DNA from: a virus
Taxonomy: Duplodnaviria; Caudoviricetes
Length of the DNA: 64,000 nucleotides
Strand: one strand, 5' to 3'
Virus record (IMG/VR): IMGVR_UViG_3300025357_000908
Location: 58,737 to 122,736 of that record
Positions 39,043-49,235 of this stretch are shown piece by piece. Within the stretch, counting starts at the first letter, position 1; each line of letters begins with the position of its first letter. The notes beneath the pieces are model-generated. The model saw only the letters and a list, made by a program, of their open reading frames with translations, did no database searches and was not told the origin of the DNA. The position numbers and the translations under genes are program-made.

Positions 39043-41733
39043 TTATAATAAACCTCTCGAATATATCATATCTTGTCTATACTTATTACGTTCTATGTAA
39101 GGTACATCTCTACTACCTGTTGTTTGTCCGGATTGTGTAGGTACAACGCTGTTTACAACTGTTGTGCTATTACTATTTGCACTGCTAACTGTATTGGTTG
39201 CTCCTATAGCGCTTTTTTCAATTACTCCGCGTAACTGTATTAACTCGGTTTTTATGTTAGTTAAAAGATCTATTTGAGAATCATAATAACCTTCCGGAAC
39301 GGCTTTTTCTAAATTTGTTTCTGACGTAGTTGTTGCTTTTACTGTAGATAACTTAGCAGCTTCAGTAGTAGTAACCCCGGCTTTTGTTTTTTTCTCAGCT
39401 TTTTGTTTATCATACTGAGCCATTACATCTGGCGGATAAACATTACCAAAGCTAATTGCTTGATCCATTACAGCTATTTGTTTATCTGATAACGGGCCGT
39501 TCGGCTTTACTTCTTCGTTAGCAATTAAAAACCTTGTTGTTTTTGTTGTAAATGAACCGTTAGCAGCTGTTGATGTTGTTGTGGCTGCAGAAGCACCTTT
39601 AGTAGATGCCTGCGCAGTAGTGCTGGTAGTAGCCGCTACAGAAGCTACTAATGCTGCAGAAAAAGCTACCGATTTAGCTAAGCCAGTAATAGATTTAGAT
39701 GCACTTGAAAGTATATCTGAGAATAAGTTATCTCCGGTAGGTGATAAAACGTCTTTAAGATCTCTAAGAACGTTTATAAACATCTTAATTGGATCTAAGT
39801 CAACCTTCACACTACCAAAATCTGACATGCTTTGTTTTATAGCATTTAAAGCTGCAGGTATAGTACTAAAGTCGACCGCTTTATCTGCAATCTTGGCTAA
39901 TTGTTTTAACGGATTATTATCACCCGTAAAAAACCCAACCACACCAGCCATTGCTCCAGAAGCTGAAAAACCTAATAAAGAAGCAGCAATAGCCCCAATA
40001 CCTAATGATACTGAAATTAATTTTGCTCCACTAATTGCTGCTATACGTTCAAGTGTGTCTGCTACAGTAGTTAAAACACCGGAAACAGTATCCCCGATAG
40101 TCTTTATTACATTTTGAACTGTATTCCCTATAACAGATATTATGCCTTTAATACCGTCGATACCCTTTACAAATATTGTACGAATAGTGTCAATTATATT
40201 ACCAGCAAGATCTATAATACCTACTAATACATCGGAAATACCTTGTACAGCTGTTTTTAGAGTTTCTGCAAGATCTTTAAGTACGGGCCCGACTATGTTT
40301 AATGCTTTGATAAGGGCATTACCTAAAAATGTTATAAGTTTATCTATAATAGGTAATAATCCCAATAGTACAGGTTTTAATAAATTAAATGCACCCACTA
40401 ATACGTCTTTAATAATTCTACCGAGTTCAACAAGTTGTGGCACTATTACCTTTACAGCTTCCATTACTGCTTGTACAATTTGCGTTACATAAGGAGCAAT
40501 TGCAATTACTGCTTCTTTAATTAAAGTTACTAATTGCACTACAAACGGAGCTAATTGAATAAGAGCATCCTTAACCGTCTTTACAATCTCTATAATAATA
40601 GGACCAGCAATTTTAGCGAGATTAGTAATAGTGGTTCCTACTTCTTTTATAACAGCAATTACATACGTACCTATTACTTTAGCTAATTCAATAATAGTAG
40701 GTCCAGCCATTTTCAATACTGTACCTATTGCAACACCAATTGCTTTAAGCATATCTGGTATTTTATCTATAGCGTGCATCAGTACTTTACCTATTACATC
40801 AGCTATCCTTATAAAAAACGGCATTGCTGCTTGTATTGCAGGTACCGCCAATCTAAATGCAAGTGCAATACCATTAATTGCAAGTATTATTAAACCTAAC
40901 CCTATAGCAACTTGTGGATTAGCTAACGCAGCTAACCCCGGTCCGAGTACCTTTAAACCAGCACCGATACCGCTAAGAAAATTACCAATACCCTTACCTA
41001 AAGCTTCTATACCAGTACCAACACCTTCTGCAAGCGCTTTAATACCTGTACCTAAACTTTTACCGAAAGCTGCAATTATACCTGTACCCTCTGCAGTTGC
41101 AGATGCACCTTCTGGGCCAGCCTTAGCCTTTTCTTTTTCTTTATCGACTCCAGCAGCAGCACCAGGCGCAAGTATAGATTTTAAAGCATTTAATGCTCCT
41201 GGGTTTATTGAATCAAGAATAACAGGTTGAGGTTTACTCTCTTTTAAAGCTGCTTCTGCTGCAGCAGCGCCCTCGAGATCTGTATTTGGAGCTGTACCAG
41301 TAGCTGTAGAAGCAATATTATCTTTTAATTGAGTAGCTGTTTCAGAAGCTAATTTTTTATTTCTATCAGATGCATCTTTGTCATCTTTAGCTTTACGGTC
41401 TGTATGTTTTTTCTCTTCTTCCTTTGCACCGTAATCTTTATCATACTTTTTAAGAGCATCAATAAAAGTGTTTTGAAAATTTAAACCTATAGACTTGTTT
41501 AAAGTACTAAGTGCATCGCTTTCGGAATTCAAACTCGCAACTATTTTTTCATGACCTTGTATGGTTGCATTCTTTAAAGCTTCAATTTCTGCTGGTAGAA
41601 CGTTTTTAGAAACGTTAAGCATTTCATCTAACCATTTTTGAGGTATTGGGCCAGAATCCTTAGGCTTTAATGTATTCATTAAAGACGCAATAAATCCCGG
41701 ATTGTTAGTTTGGTTGCTGCCCTCGTCAGCCAT
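39043..41733 (-). CDS. Tape-measure-like protein
   Basis: 896 aa with long amphipathic helical repeats and hydrophobic stretches, in the tail operon. Confidence 0.65.
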   Translation of the reverse strand: MADEGSNQTNNPGFIASLMNTLKPKDSGPIPQKWLDEMLNVSKNVLPAEIEALKNATIQGHEKIVASLNSESDALSTLNKSIGLNFQNTFIDALKKYDKDYGAKEEEKKHTDRKAKDDKDASDRNKKLASETATQLKDNIASTATGTAPNTDLEGAAAAEAALKESKPQPVILDSINPGALNALKSILAPGAAAGVDKEKEKAKAGPEGASATAEGTGIIAAFGKSLGTGIKALAEGVGTGIEALGKGIGNFLSGIGAGLKVLGPGLAALANPQVAIGLGLIILAINGIALAFRLAVPAIQAAMPFFIRIADVIGKVLMHAIDKIPDMLKAIGVAIGTVLKMAGPTIIELAKVIGTYVIAVIKEVGTTITNLAKIAGPIIIEIVKTVKDALIQLAPFVVQLVTLIKEAVIAIAPYVTQIVQAVMEAVKVIVPQLVELGRIIKDVLVGAFNLLKPVLLGLLPIIDKLITFLGNALIKALNIVGPVLKDLAETLKTAVQGISDVLVGIIDLAGNIIDTIRTIFVKGIDGIKGIISVIGNTVQNVIKTIGDTVSGVLTTVADTLERIAAISGAKLISVSLGIGAIAASLLGFSASGAMAGVVGFFTGDNNPLKQLAKIADKAVDFSTIPAALNAIKQSMSDFGSVKVDLDPIKMFINVLRDLKDVLSPTGDNLFSDILSSASKSITGLAKSVAFSAALVASVAATTSTTAQASTKGASAATTTSTAANGSFTTKTTRFLIANEEVKPNGPLSDKQIAVMDQAISFGNVYPPDVMAQYDKQKAEKKTKAGVTTTEAAKLSTVKATTTSETNLEKAVPEGYYDSQIDLLTNIKTELIQLRGVIEKSAIGATNTVSSANSNSTTVVNSVVPTQSGQTTGSRDVPYIERNKYRQDMIYSRGLL

Positions 41734-41772
41734 ATACTATATACTTAGGTACTGAATGTACCTTAGTTATTA

Positions 41773-42618
41773 TTAACTAACAACAAACAAAGCGCTGTCC
41801 ACTACAACAGTAATATCATCTACACTTTCGTTAGTATCTATATCAGTACCAGTTACTGTTAACAAATCCTTCTGTAAAATAACATAACTTTCCATATATT
41901 TCATAATGCCTTTTACTACAGAGCTTGGAAGCTTTTCGAGTATAGCAAGACGTTTAGTAAACGGTAAAGTTGTATAATCTAATTGTTGTTCTTGATTATT
42001 GTAGTTAACGGTGATACTCTTAATAAATTTTGATACCTCACCCACAAACGCATCACCTAATGTGTCTGTCAGTTGAGCGTTAAGTACTTGTTGATCATTG
42101 ATTGTTTTTTCTCTAAGCTGCTTTTCTAAGTTATATTGATCAACAAATAAAGGTGTACCTACTGAAACGGTAAATTGGGAATCAGTAACTGTATCTGCCG
42201 CTAAAATATAAGATTTAGCTTTGAGTCTATCTACTATGTTTTGTAGATTAACTTTAAGTCTACGATTGTTTTGAGTTGTGGTATAGTCCACACCAGAAGT
42301 TGCTACTCGTAACTGTATAGCAATTGCTGCACTATCAATTGTAGTTAAAAGTGGTATAATGTCTTTCTCTAAACAATTTTCTTGTAATAAATTAAAATAT
42401 GCAATAGTAAAACGAGTTTGAAATACAGGGTTGTCTACAGCTGCTTTTAAAATATTTTTCTGTTGACCTGTACTAATACTTTTAAATTTTACTTCTCTTT
42501 GAAGGCTTGGAACATATACCGAAATAGATACTTCTTTATTAATTGTATCCAATACGGATAGAATGTCGTTGTAATTATTGCTCATATAAAGACTTATAGT
42601 GAGAATATTGTTTATCAA
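41773..42618 (-). CDS. Baseplate hub assembly protein (gp26-like)
   Basis: VPSL..EVKFKSI..GQQK.IL, LTTID; probable start at 42585. Confidence 0.6.
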   Translation of the reverse strand: MINNILTISLYMSNNYNDILSVLDTINKEVSISVYVPSLQREVKFKSISTGQQKNILKAAVDNPVFQTRFTIAYFNLLQENCLEKDIIPLLTTIDSAAIAIQLRVATSGVDYTTTQNNRRLKVNLQNIVDRLKAKSYILAADTVTDSQFTVSVGTPLFVDQYNLEKQLREKTINDQQVLNAQLTDTLGDAFVGEVSKFIKSITVNYNNQEQQLDYTTLPFTKRLAILEKLPSSVVKGIMKYMESYVILQKDLLTVTGTDIDTNESVDDITVVVDSALFVVS

Positions 42619-43562
42619 GCAAACTCATTAGGTATATTACTTGGTATTGTTGCCGGTTTGCCGTCGAATCCAGGGCCTGATTTTGTTTGAGAGGTATGTG
42701 CACTGTTTTCTTTTTCAGTTTGCTGTACAAACAAGGTCCAATATAGAAGCTGTTCTGCAGGTGTTATTCCATCAACATATTCTGCAGAAAAATTAGCTTT
42801 GCTTACTAAATTTAAATTTAACTTATACAAGTTAATTAAATCATCATTGAAAATAAGCTTGCAAAATTCAAGTAATACTGTTGTATCAGTTGATACAGGT
42901 AAATCTATTACACCAATATTAGTATAGGGTGACGTAATTTTTAATAAATTTATTTTTGTTATATTTTCTTCTACTACTGTTAAAGACTCAATAACTTTAG
43001 TTGCCAAAGTAAGAGGTAGTTTTTCTATAACTTCTACTCTTTCCAAAAAATTAATGTTTTTAAAAAGCAATGCTTTGTCATTAACGGTTATCGAGTCTAT
43101 ACAAGATGCTAATTGATAGCTAAACTTTTTTTCAGGTACTATGTTAACAAAATAAATTTCATCTTTAGCTTTTATAATACTATGCGTTATAGTAATGCTT
43201 TCATGTATAAGTGTTTTGGTATAATTTATATTTTCCAGCTTTACTATTAAATCTTCTATTTTTATAGTGTAATCAAACTCTTTTTTTGTATCCGGGCAAG
43301 TTGCTTTGAGATTTAAGTCCGGACTTATGCAAATAGAACGCGCCTGTAACAATAGCATAATCTTATCTACAACATTAAGTCCTTCCTGTAATATCCCGGG
43401 AGAAACGTGTTCAATTACTTGATTTAGATGATATATAAACTCCGTTGTATCATTATTATATAAGGATTTAACCAAGTCTTTATATAACTTGGATGTAATT
43501 TCATTTACTTGGATTTTTTTATTATTAAATCCAGGTAGCTTAACTCCGTACGTAAAAGCCAT
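42615..43562 (-). CDS. Baseplate hub assembly protein (gp26-like with gp51-like tail)
   Basis: LNVVDK..LLLQARSI, TCP; C-terminal F....VD.ITPAE...Y. Confidence 0.55.
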   Translation of the reverse strand: MAFTYGVKLPGFNNKKIQVNEITSKLYKDLVKSLYNNDTTEFIYHLNQVIEHVSPGILQEGLNVVDKIMLLLQARSICISPDLNLKATCPDTKKEFDYTIKIEDLIVKLENINYTKTLIHESITITHSIIKAKDEIYFVNIVPEKKFSYQLASCIDSITVNDKALLFKNINFLERVEVIEKLPLTLATKVIESLTVVEENITKINLLKITSPYTNIGVIDLPVSTDTTVLLEFCKLIFNDDLINLYKLNLNLVSKANFSAEYVDGITPAEQLLYWTLFVQQTEKENSAHTSQTKSGPGFDGKPATIPSNIPNEFA

Positions 43563-43583
43563 TATAAGAACTTACTTTAGATA

Positions 43584-44303
43584 TTATGTTTGTCCCTGTC
43601 TATACGTTAATTGGTAGTTATTAAATACAAATTTTACTGCCTCTATTCTTATTTCTGCTTTACCGTAAGAGTATGAAGTTTCTCCTAACGATACCGGAGC
43701 ACATTGAGTGAATTTGAAGATTTTTCTAATACTCTTGTTAGAAGTATCATTGTTGTTTTTATCAAAAAACACTACAGATATATCTGTTCTTACGTTTTGT
43801 GTTGAACCAGACGCCCTTGAAATTAAACCATAATGCCCTACTAATGTTATCCACGGCCGCACCACGAAGTCAATAAAAGACTTATTTGTTTCTAAAAAAC
43901 TTACTGTTATATCACTATATTGTGCGCGTCCTGTACTAACAACACCAGATAATAAACCGCCACTGGGTCCTGCAAGAGGGTCATTACGTTGCGTGCCTAC
44001 ACTCTCTCCCGGAACGTTGATACCTTGTGCAAATAAACACACATCATTACCTATTGTTTTGTTTTTTTGAGAATCTAATTCATTTTGTAAGTCTTTAAGC
44101 GTAGAAAAAACTCCCCATCTATTTTCGAGTGTGTTCCACACATCTTGCCCAGCAGTTAATGCACCTGGCAAATTAAACGTTATAAAAAAATTAGAATCAA
44201 CCGGTATTTGAGTAGCTGGGTTACTCAAAAACTTTATATAGGTGTTTACCTCGGAAGGTAAGGAACTACTATTAGCTTTAGGGCCTATTATTGTTGTAGC
44301 CAT
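43584..44303 (-). CDS. Tail tube-fold protein (gp54/gp19-like)
   Basis: INVPGE, ITVSFLET, F.F..CAPVSLG...YSY. Confidence 0.65.
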   Translation of the reverse strand: MATTIIGPKANSSSLPSEVNTYIKFLSNPATQIPVDSNFFITFNLPGALTAGQDVWNTLENRWGVFSTLKDLQNELDSQKNKTIGNDVCLFAQGINVPGESVGTQRNDPLAGPSGGLLSGVVSTGRAQYSDITVSFLETNKSFIDFVVRPWITLVGHYGLISRASGSTQNVRTDISVVFFDKNNNDTSNKSIRKIFKFTQCAPVSLGETSYSYGKAEIRIEAVKFVFNNYQLTYRQGQT

Positions 44304-44306
44304 TTA

Positions 44307-45005
44307 TTAGCCTTTAAATAAACCATTTACTATGTCGCCAACCTCGTTAGTGACAGCTTGTGTAGCTGTGTTAACTAAATTATCTGCTACGCCCTCAAGT
44401 GCACCTGCTACGCCGTTAGCTAAGTTAAGGCCACCTATACCAAGACCAAACGATACTCCCGAATCAAAACCCGGTTCCCAATATTGATAAGCTAAAGTAG
44501 CTTTTATTTCTTGTATAGCCCCGGCTTTAGTTAAATCGTATGAAGTGTCTTCGATCTTTGTGATAAAAGCCCCTAATAAAGAATACACTCTTACTTCCTG
44601 TAATTGATCATCAATAAGAGAAATTTGTATAAGATTTGAATGTAAATCTCTTGGTTCCATGTTACCTTGCGATGTTCGTTCATCAAAAGTAACCCTCATC
44701 ATATCTTCTAAAAACTTCCTTAAGTCATAATCTTGAGTACAATAAAATGTTACTTGCCAATTATTATTACCATCAAACTTTACCGTACCAGGTATTTGAA
44801 AATCTAATCCCATGAATGGAGCGGTTGTAGTACTAATTGTTTTACCAGGTAAACTTGCGGTTTTTAAAAATACTAAATTATCAGGACCGAGTGAAACGCC
44901 ATTTACTCTAAACGTTGTTATTCTAAATTGAAAATCCCGCGCAAATCCGCGTTGTGTGGATTGTTTGTAAAAGTCCCTAATTGATTGTCCGTAAACGGCG
45001 CCCAT
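44307..45005 (-). CDS. Tail tube paralog (gp19-like)
   Basis: IRDFY...QRGFARDF, ASLPG, WQVTFY, LAYQYW. Confidence 0.75.
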   Translation of the reverse strand: MGAVYGQSIRDFYKQSTQRGFARDFQFRITTFRVNGVSLGPDNLVFLKTASLPGKTISTTTAPFMGLDFQIPGTVKFDGNNNWQVTFYCTQDYDLRKFLEDMMRVTFDERTSQGNMEPRDLHSNLIQISLIDDQLQEVRVYSLLGAFITKIEDTSYDLTKAGAIQEIKATLAYQYWEPGFDSGVSFGLGIGGLNLANGVAGALEGVADNLVNTATQAVTNEVGDIVNGLFKG

Positions 45006-45024
45006 ATATAATATATACTTACAC

Positions 45025-45621
45025 TCAAGAAGGTAATAAATCTTCTGATGTTATATATTGAAAACCTAATGTTGCTGTCATTTTAGCTATTTCTCCCGTA
45101 GAGCCTAAGTTATAGGTCATGCTACCTATGTTTTGTAAAAATGCTCCCACTAATTTATATTTGCGTACAGCTGGATAAGTGTTAGGATCATTTGGCCCTG
45201 AGTTGTTTAATAAATCTAACTCTACATTACAATCCCACCAATTAGGGACAGCAGATTGAGAGGTATGTTCATTAAAGGTATCTACAGACCACTTTTCAAA
45301 TACATTTCTCAATATATAATCTCTATCACAATAAAACGTTACACTCCATGAACCAGCTGCTTCTGGGTAGTTAGCTACCATAGGTATATTATATTTAAAC
45401 GATTTAAAGTCTACTGAAGTTGTAGTTATAGTGCGAGATGGAATAGTACCATCTGTAGCATATAAAAAGAGATTTTCGGAACCGTTAGATGCCGGTGCAT
45501 ATATATCCGTACTACCGCCAGTACCGTTTCTGGATATAGTGTTTACTCTAAACAGATTAGTACGAGCAAATCCTCGAGTAGTAACTGTTTTATAAAAGTC
45601 TTGTATGCCTTGTCCAGCCAT
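45025..45621 (-). CDS. Tail tube paralog (gp19-like)
   Basis: IQDFY....RGFAR, IPSR, WSVTFY, FEKW, YKLVGAF. Confidence 0.75.
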   Translation of the reverse strand: MAGQGIQDFYKTVTTRGFARTNLFRVNTISRNGTGGSTDIYAPASNGSENLFLYATDGTIPSRTITTTSVDFKSFKYNIPMVANYPEAAGSWSVTFYCDRDYILRNVFEKWSVDTFNEHTSQSAVPNWWDCNVELDLLNNSGPNDPNTYPAVRKYKLVGAFLQNIGSMTYNLGSTGEIAKMTATLGFQYITSEDLLPS

Positions 45622-45645
45622 TGATAATACTTAATGTACGAACAT

Positions 45646-45676
45646 AAAAAAAGCCCTGCTTTTTATACAGGGCTTT
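45646..45676 (-). terminator. Terminator after the major tail tube gene
   Basis: Minus strand AAAGCCCTG-loop-CAGGGCTTTTTTT. Confidence 0.85.
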
Positions 45677-45693
45677 GAGTTAAATTTTAACTA

Positions 45694-46215
45694 TTAAACG
45701 TGTCTCCAATATTGGTAAGCTAATTTAGCTTCGAAATCGAGAGGCTTACCTGGACCAGCGTTATCATATGCTGGTGCACCTAAGCTTACGATATAAACAC
45801 CAAATAGCTTATATGTATTGAGTACGTTTTGGCTTTCATCGATTAAGTCAAGTTGAATGACTTTATCTGGGCCACGTAGTGCAAGATTACCTGTGCTTGT
45901 AGCATCATCAAATACACCGTTAATTTGCCAGTTTTCAAGTTTCTTACGAATGACACCGTTAAGGTCATTATAGAACTTTACAGACCAGCTATCTGAACCG
46001 GTGTAATCGACAGTACCAGGTACATTGAAGTTTAATCCCATGTAAGGTACTTTTTGATTTTGAATTGTGCGATCTGGAAGATTTTTTGTTGTGATGTAAA
46101 CGAAGTCGTCTTCATTAAACGTATCTTCACCAATCGAACGGACACGCATCATGAAATCACGTGCGAATCCGCGCTGTTGTGCTACTCTGTAGAAGTCTTG
46201 TATTGTCTGTGCCAT
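45694..46215 (-). CDS. gp19: Major tail tube protein
   Basis: Follows the sheath gene; LPDR, VPG, WSVKFYND, YKLFGVY, LAYQYW. Confidence 0.88.
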   Translation of the reverse strand: MAQTIQDFYRVAQQRGFARDFMMRVRSIGEDTFNEDDFVYITTKNLPDRTIQNQKVPYMGLNFNVPGTVDYTGSDSWSVKFYNDLNGVIRKKLENWQINGVFDDATSTGNLALRGPDKVIQLDLIDESQNVLNTYKLFGVYIVSLGAPAYDNAGPGKPLDFEAKLAYQYWRHV

Positions 46216-46235
46216 ATAATTATTTAGTGTTTAGA

Positions 46236-48587
46236 TTATAATAGCTCGTTAAAGTTTTGAGATGTCTTAGTAGCATAGAAGTTTACTAAGATAAACTCAG
46301 CAGTACGAACCGGTTTAATGTAGATATCAACAACTAATGTATTGTCGTCAACAACTGCAGGTGTATTGTTTGTACTGTTACAAACGATCTTATAGTCATA
46401 TAAACCTTGAGTGTTACGAGCTAACTCAAATACAGGAGTTAATGTATTGACCACTCTACTTTGTGTGAAAGTAGTATTTGGTTCGAATACAAAGAACTTC
46501 ATAGTTTGGTTAGTTGTCTTTTCTAAGAAGAGGAATAAGCGACGTACGTTAATACGATCAAATGCGCTTGGGTTCTTTAAGAGAGTCTTTTGACCAAATA
46601 CTGAGTAACCTTCATTTGGGAAGTATACTACAGGGTTAAGAGCAATCTTGTAGAGTAAGTCGCGTTGCTTTTGTTGTGGGTTAACTGCAATGTCAGCAAG
46701 ACCGTTAACGATACCACGATTTAAACCAGCTGGTGCCGTCCAAACGTAATTGTTTGCATCACTTGCTGTAATCATTGCTGCTGCAAAACCAGAGAATGGT
46801 AACCATACAGCTTGTGATGTGTATGTGTCTTGTACCTTAGCCCAGTTTGCATAAGCTGTAGCATAGCTTGAATTAAATGAACCATAACAGTTACGTAATG
46901 GCCAGTAAATGTTTTGTGAGAAGTTATTAGCCTTGTTGTCAAGGGTCTTATAATTCTTACCAGTTACGAAAATATGACGAATTGGGTCAGAAATAAAAAT
47001 ATGATCTTTACGACGTGTACGTGCAAATGTTTCGAACTTATTAGTAATATCAACCCAAGCATCGACTAAATCGTTGCTTACTGGGTTACCGCTTGAATCT
47101 GTTAAGTCGCTAAGTGCACTTGTAATTGCTGTTGAGATGAATGTATCATCGTATTCAGCAGTTGAACCTGCAGTAGCTTGAACAGCTGCAATTGTAGAAA
47201 GACCTGCATCAATTGTAATGTCGATATCTACTACATCAGTGTTTTCAGCTTGATTTAAAACATAATCAAGTTTTGCACTTAAATCACCGATAGACTTAAG
47301 ACTGTTAGTTGGTAGGCTATCTGCATATACGCCTAATGCATAAAGGTTATTAGCAGGTAAGAACGAAGTGGACTTTACTGCAAGATAAGCAGAAGCAACC
47401 GAGTAGAACGTATCACCGTCTGTACCGGTTGAATCTTTAAATACTCTAACTGTCTTAGTTGAATTACCGTTATTATCTAACCAATTTGTTAAGGAAGAGA
47501 TATTTGGGTTAACAAAAACTTCAATGTTGTTAGAAGCATTATTTGCTACAGTTTGTAGATATAGGGACTTAGGAGCACCACCGTTTACATCTTGTACTGT
47601 ACGTTGTGCATATAATGAACCTGTATAACCTTCTTGTAATACATACTGTAATGTTGTTGTGTTAACTGAGAACGGGGAAGGACGTAATTTGAACAACGAA
47701 AGAATAACTGTATCACCGTAGCCTGAAGCAGCGATATTAAATGTTGGAATATTTTCGATATCGTGTGATAAGCTATCTACTGAAGGAAGGTATGGTGCAC
47801 TTAATGTGAAACCGATACGTGTTTGAGGTACTTCAATGTAAAGAGCATCTGAAGCTGTTTGTGCATCTACGAAATATGTGCTACCGATTGTTTTTACATT
47901 AACTGCATCATCATAATCTGATGTTGGGTTGTTGCTGAACGAATCAGCTAAATTGAGATAGTAGCCTTCAAACTTTTCATTGATTGTTGACTTAGCTGTA
48001 TTAACTACAACTAAACCAGCTTTACCAAGATCTGTTACAGCGTTTGTACCAGAAACAACAAAGCTACCTAAACCAACGTTACCGCCTGTTGTTGACCAGT
48101 TAATACCGCCTTGACTAATTTCAGCATATTGATCGCTTGTTAGAGCAACTAACGCCGGTTCACCGAAATAGTAACCTTTAGCTGATTGTAAAGGAATCGT
48201 ACCTGCTGTAGCAGCCGAAGCTGGATAAGCTGTTGTATTACCAGGAATTGGTAATACAGGGAATGCTAATGCACTATAATTACTTGTTGTACCTTCACCA
48301 CTACCATCACCATAAGGTAAGCGAACTGCTTTAATTGTCGGATTGTTACCAGCCGTAAATAGTTGATTTACTGCATAATAAAAATAGCGTTCTGCTGCAT
48401 TTGTAGGTGTACCGAATACTGTTTGGAAATCGCTTAGTGAAGCGAGTTCAACGATTTCGTAAGTCGGTCCTTGTGGAGCAAAGCCGGTTACTAATACGTT
48501 AGTACCGACAGGAGTTACTGCTCTTGTAGAAAGATCGATCTCGCGAATTTCTACACCTGGAGATTGGATAGTACGTGTGGATGCCAT
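46236..48587 (-). CDS. gp18: Tail sheath protein
   Basis: SPGVEIREID, WTAPAGLNRG, FGQKTL, FDRINVRRLF, FEPN, IYIKP...AEFI. Confidence 0.96.
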   Translation of the reverse strand: MASTRTIQSPGVEIREIDLSTRAVTPVGTNVLVTGFAPQGPTYEIVELASLSDFQTVFGTPTNAAERYFYYAVNQLFTAGNNPTIKAVRLPYGDGSGEGTTSNYSALAFPVLPIPGNTTAYPASAATAGTIPLQSAKGYYFGEPALVALTSDQYAEISQGGINWSTTGGNVGLGSFVVSGTNAVTDLGKAGLVVVNTAKSTINEKFEGYYLNLADSFSNNPTSDYDDAVNVKTIGSTYFVDAQTASDALYIEVPQTRIGFTLSAPYLPSVDSLSHDIENIPTFNIAASGYGDTVILSLFKLRPSPFSVNTTTLQYVLQEGYTGSLYAQRTVQDVNGGAPKSLYLQTVANNASNNIEVFVNPNISSLTNWLDNNGNSTKTVRVFKDSTGTDGDTFYSVASAYLAVKSTSFLPANNLYALGVYADSLPTNSLKSIGDLSAKLDYVLNQAENTDVVDIDITIDAGLSTIAAVQATAGSTAEYDDTFISTAITSALSDLTDSSGNPVSNDLVDAWVDITNKFETFARTRRKDHIFISDPIRHIFVTGKNYKTLDNKANNFSQNIYWPLRNCYGSFNSSYATAYANWAKVQDTYTSQAVWLPFSGFAAAMITASDANNYVWTAPAGLNRGIVNGLADIAVNPQQKQRDLLYKIALNPVVYFPNEGYSVFGQKTLLKNPSAFDRINVRRLFLFLEKTTNQTMKFFVFEPNTTFTQSRVVNTLTPVFELARNTQGLYDYKIVCNSTNNTPAVVDDNTLVVDIYIKPVRTAEFILVNFYATKTSQNFNELL

Positions 48588-48643
48588 AATAGTTAAGTTT
48601 CTAATATTATTTAGGAGATTTTAGCCCTAAATTACGAACTTTA

Positions 48644-49228
48644 TCAAAGTAATTGAGTATTAAGCTGATTAAACGCGAACGTAAATGAAGATTCGATCTG
48701 TTCTCCATCTCTATAATTATACGTTATCTCGCCTAAATTAGTAATAAAAGCTTTTATGTAATCCCACTGAATTTTTTTGTTATTGTATTCATCTAAACCA
48801 TAAACTGTAATATTAGTTTGATAGTTATTTGTGTTAACAAATTTGTCAGGAGATGCTAATTGATTAAAATTATATGTACTCTCCTTAGAGTCATTAATAG
48901 TGTTTAACCAATACCACAGAACCCACCAATTATTAAATTGATTGTCCACCGTAAAATTTACTGTTACGGATTTATACGCAGCTCTTGTGTAGCTTGTAAA
49001 TTTAGCTGTTTGTGCAGAATATGGTAGATCTACTTCAGCAATAGTGGTTTCTGGAACTACAGTACCATAAATAGAATACTGTAAAGAATCCAGATTAAGA
49101 AAATTTATTGACCTGTTTCCAGGAGTATTATCATTAGCTGTTTTGAGTATAGGTGGCAAGTTTAAGACAAGTAAAAACTTGTCTTTTCTATTCTTATTAA
49201 GAATTGATTGCTGTATGTCTACGCTCAT
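48644..49228 (-). CDS. Tail completion / tube terminator (gp3-like)
   Basis: VTVNFTVD..F.NW...YW, FITNLG.I.Y; upstream of the sheath gene. Confidence 0.6.
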   Translation of the reverse strand: MSVDIQQSILNKNRKDKFLLVLNLPPILKTANDNTPGNRSINFLNLDSLQYSIYGTVVPETTIAEVDLPYSAQTAKFTSYTRAAYKSVTVNFTVDNQFNNWWVLWYWLNTINDSKESTYNFNQLASPDKFVNTNNYQTNITVYGLDEYNNKKIQWDYIKAFITNLGEITYNYRDGEQIESSFTFAFNQLNTQLL

Positions 49229-49235
49229 CCATCAC

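Noticed and set aside
39581-41230. Long plus-strand ORFs opposite the tape-measure-like gene
   Set aside because: Antisense shadows with no independent motifs or expression signals
33029-49228. Bacterial T6SS or extracellular contractile injection system
   Set aside because: Embedded with T4-like replication genes, tRNAs and late-promoter motifs; best explained as a phage tail module
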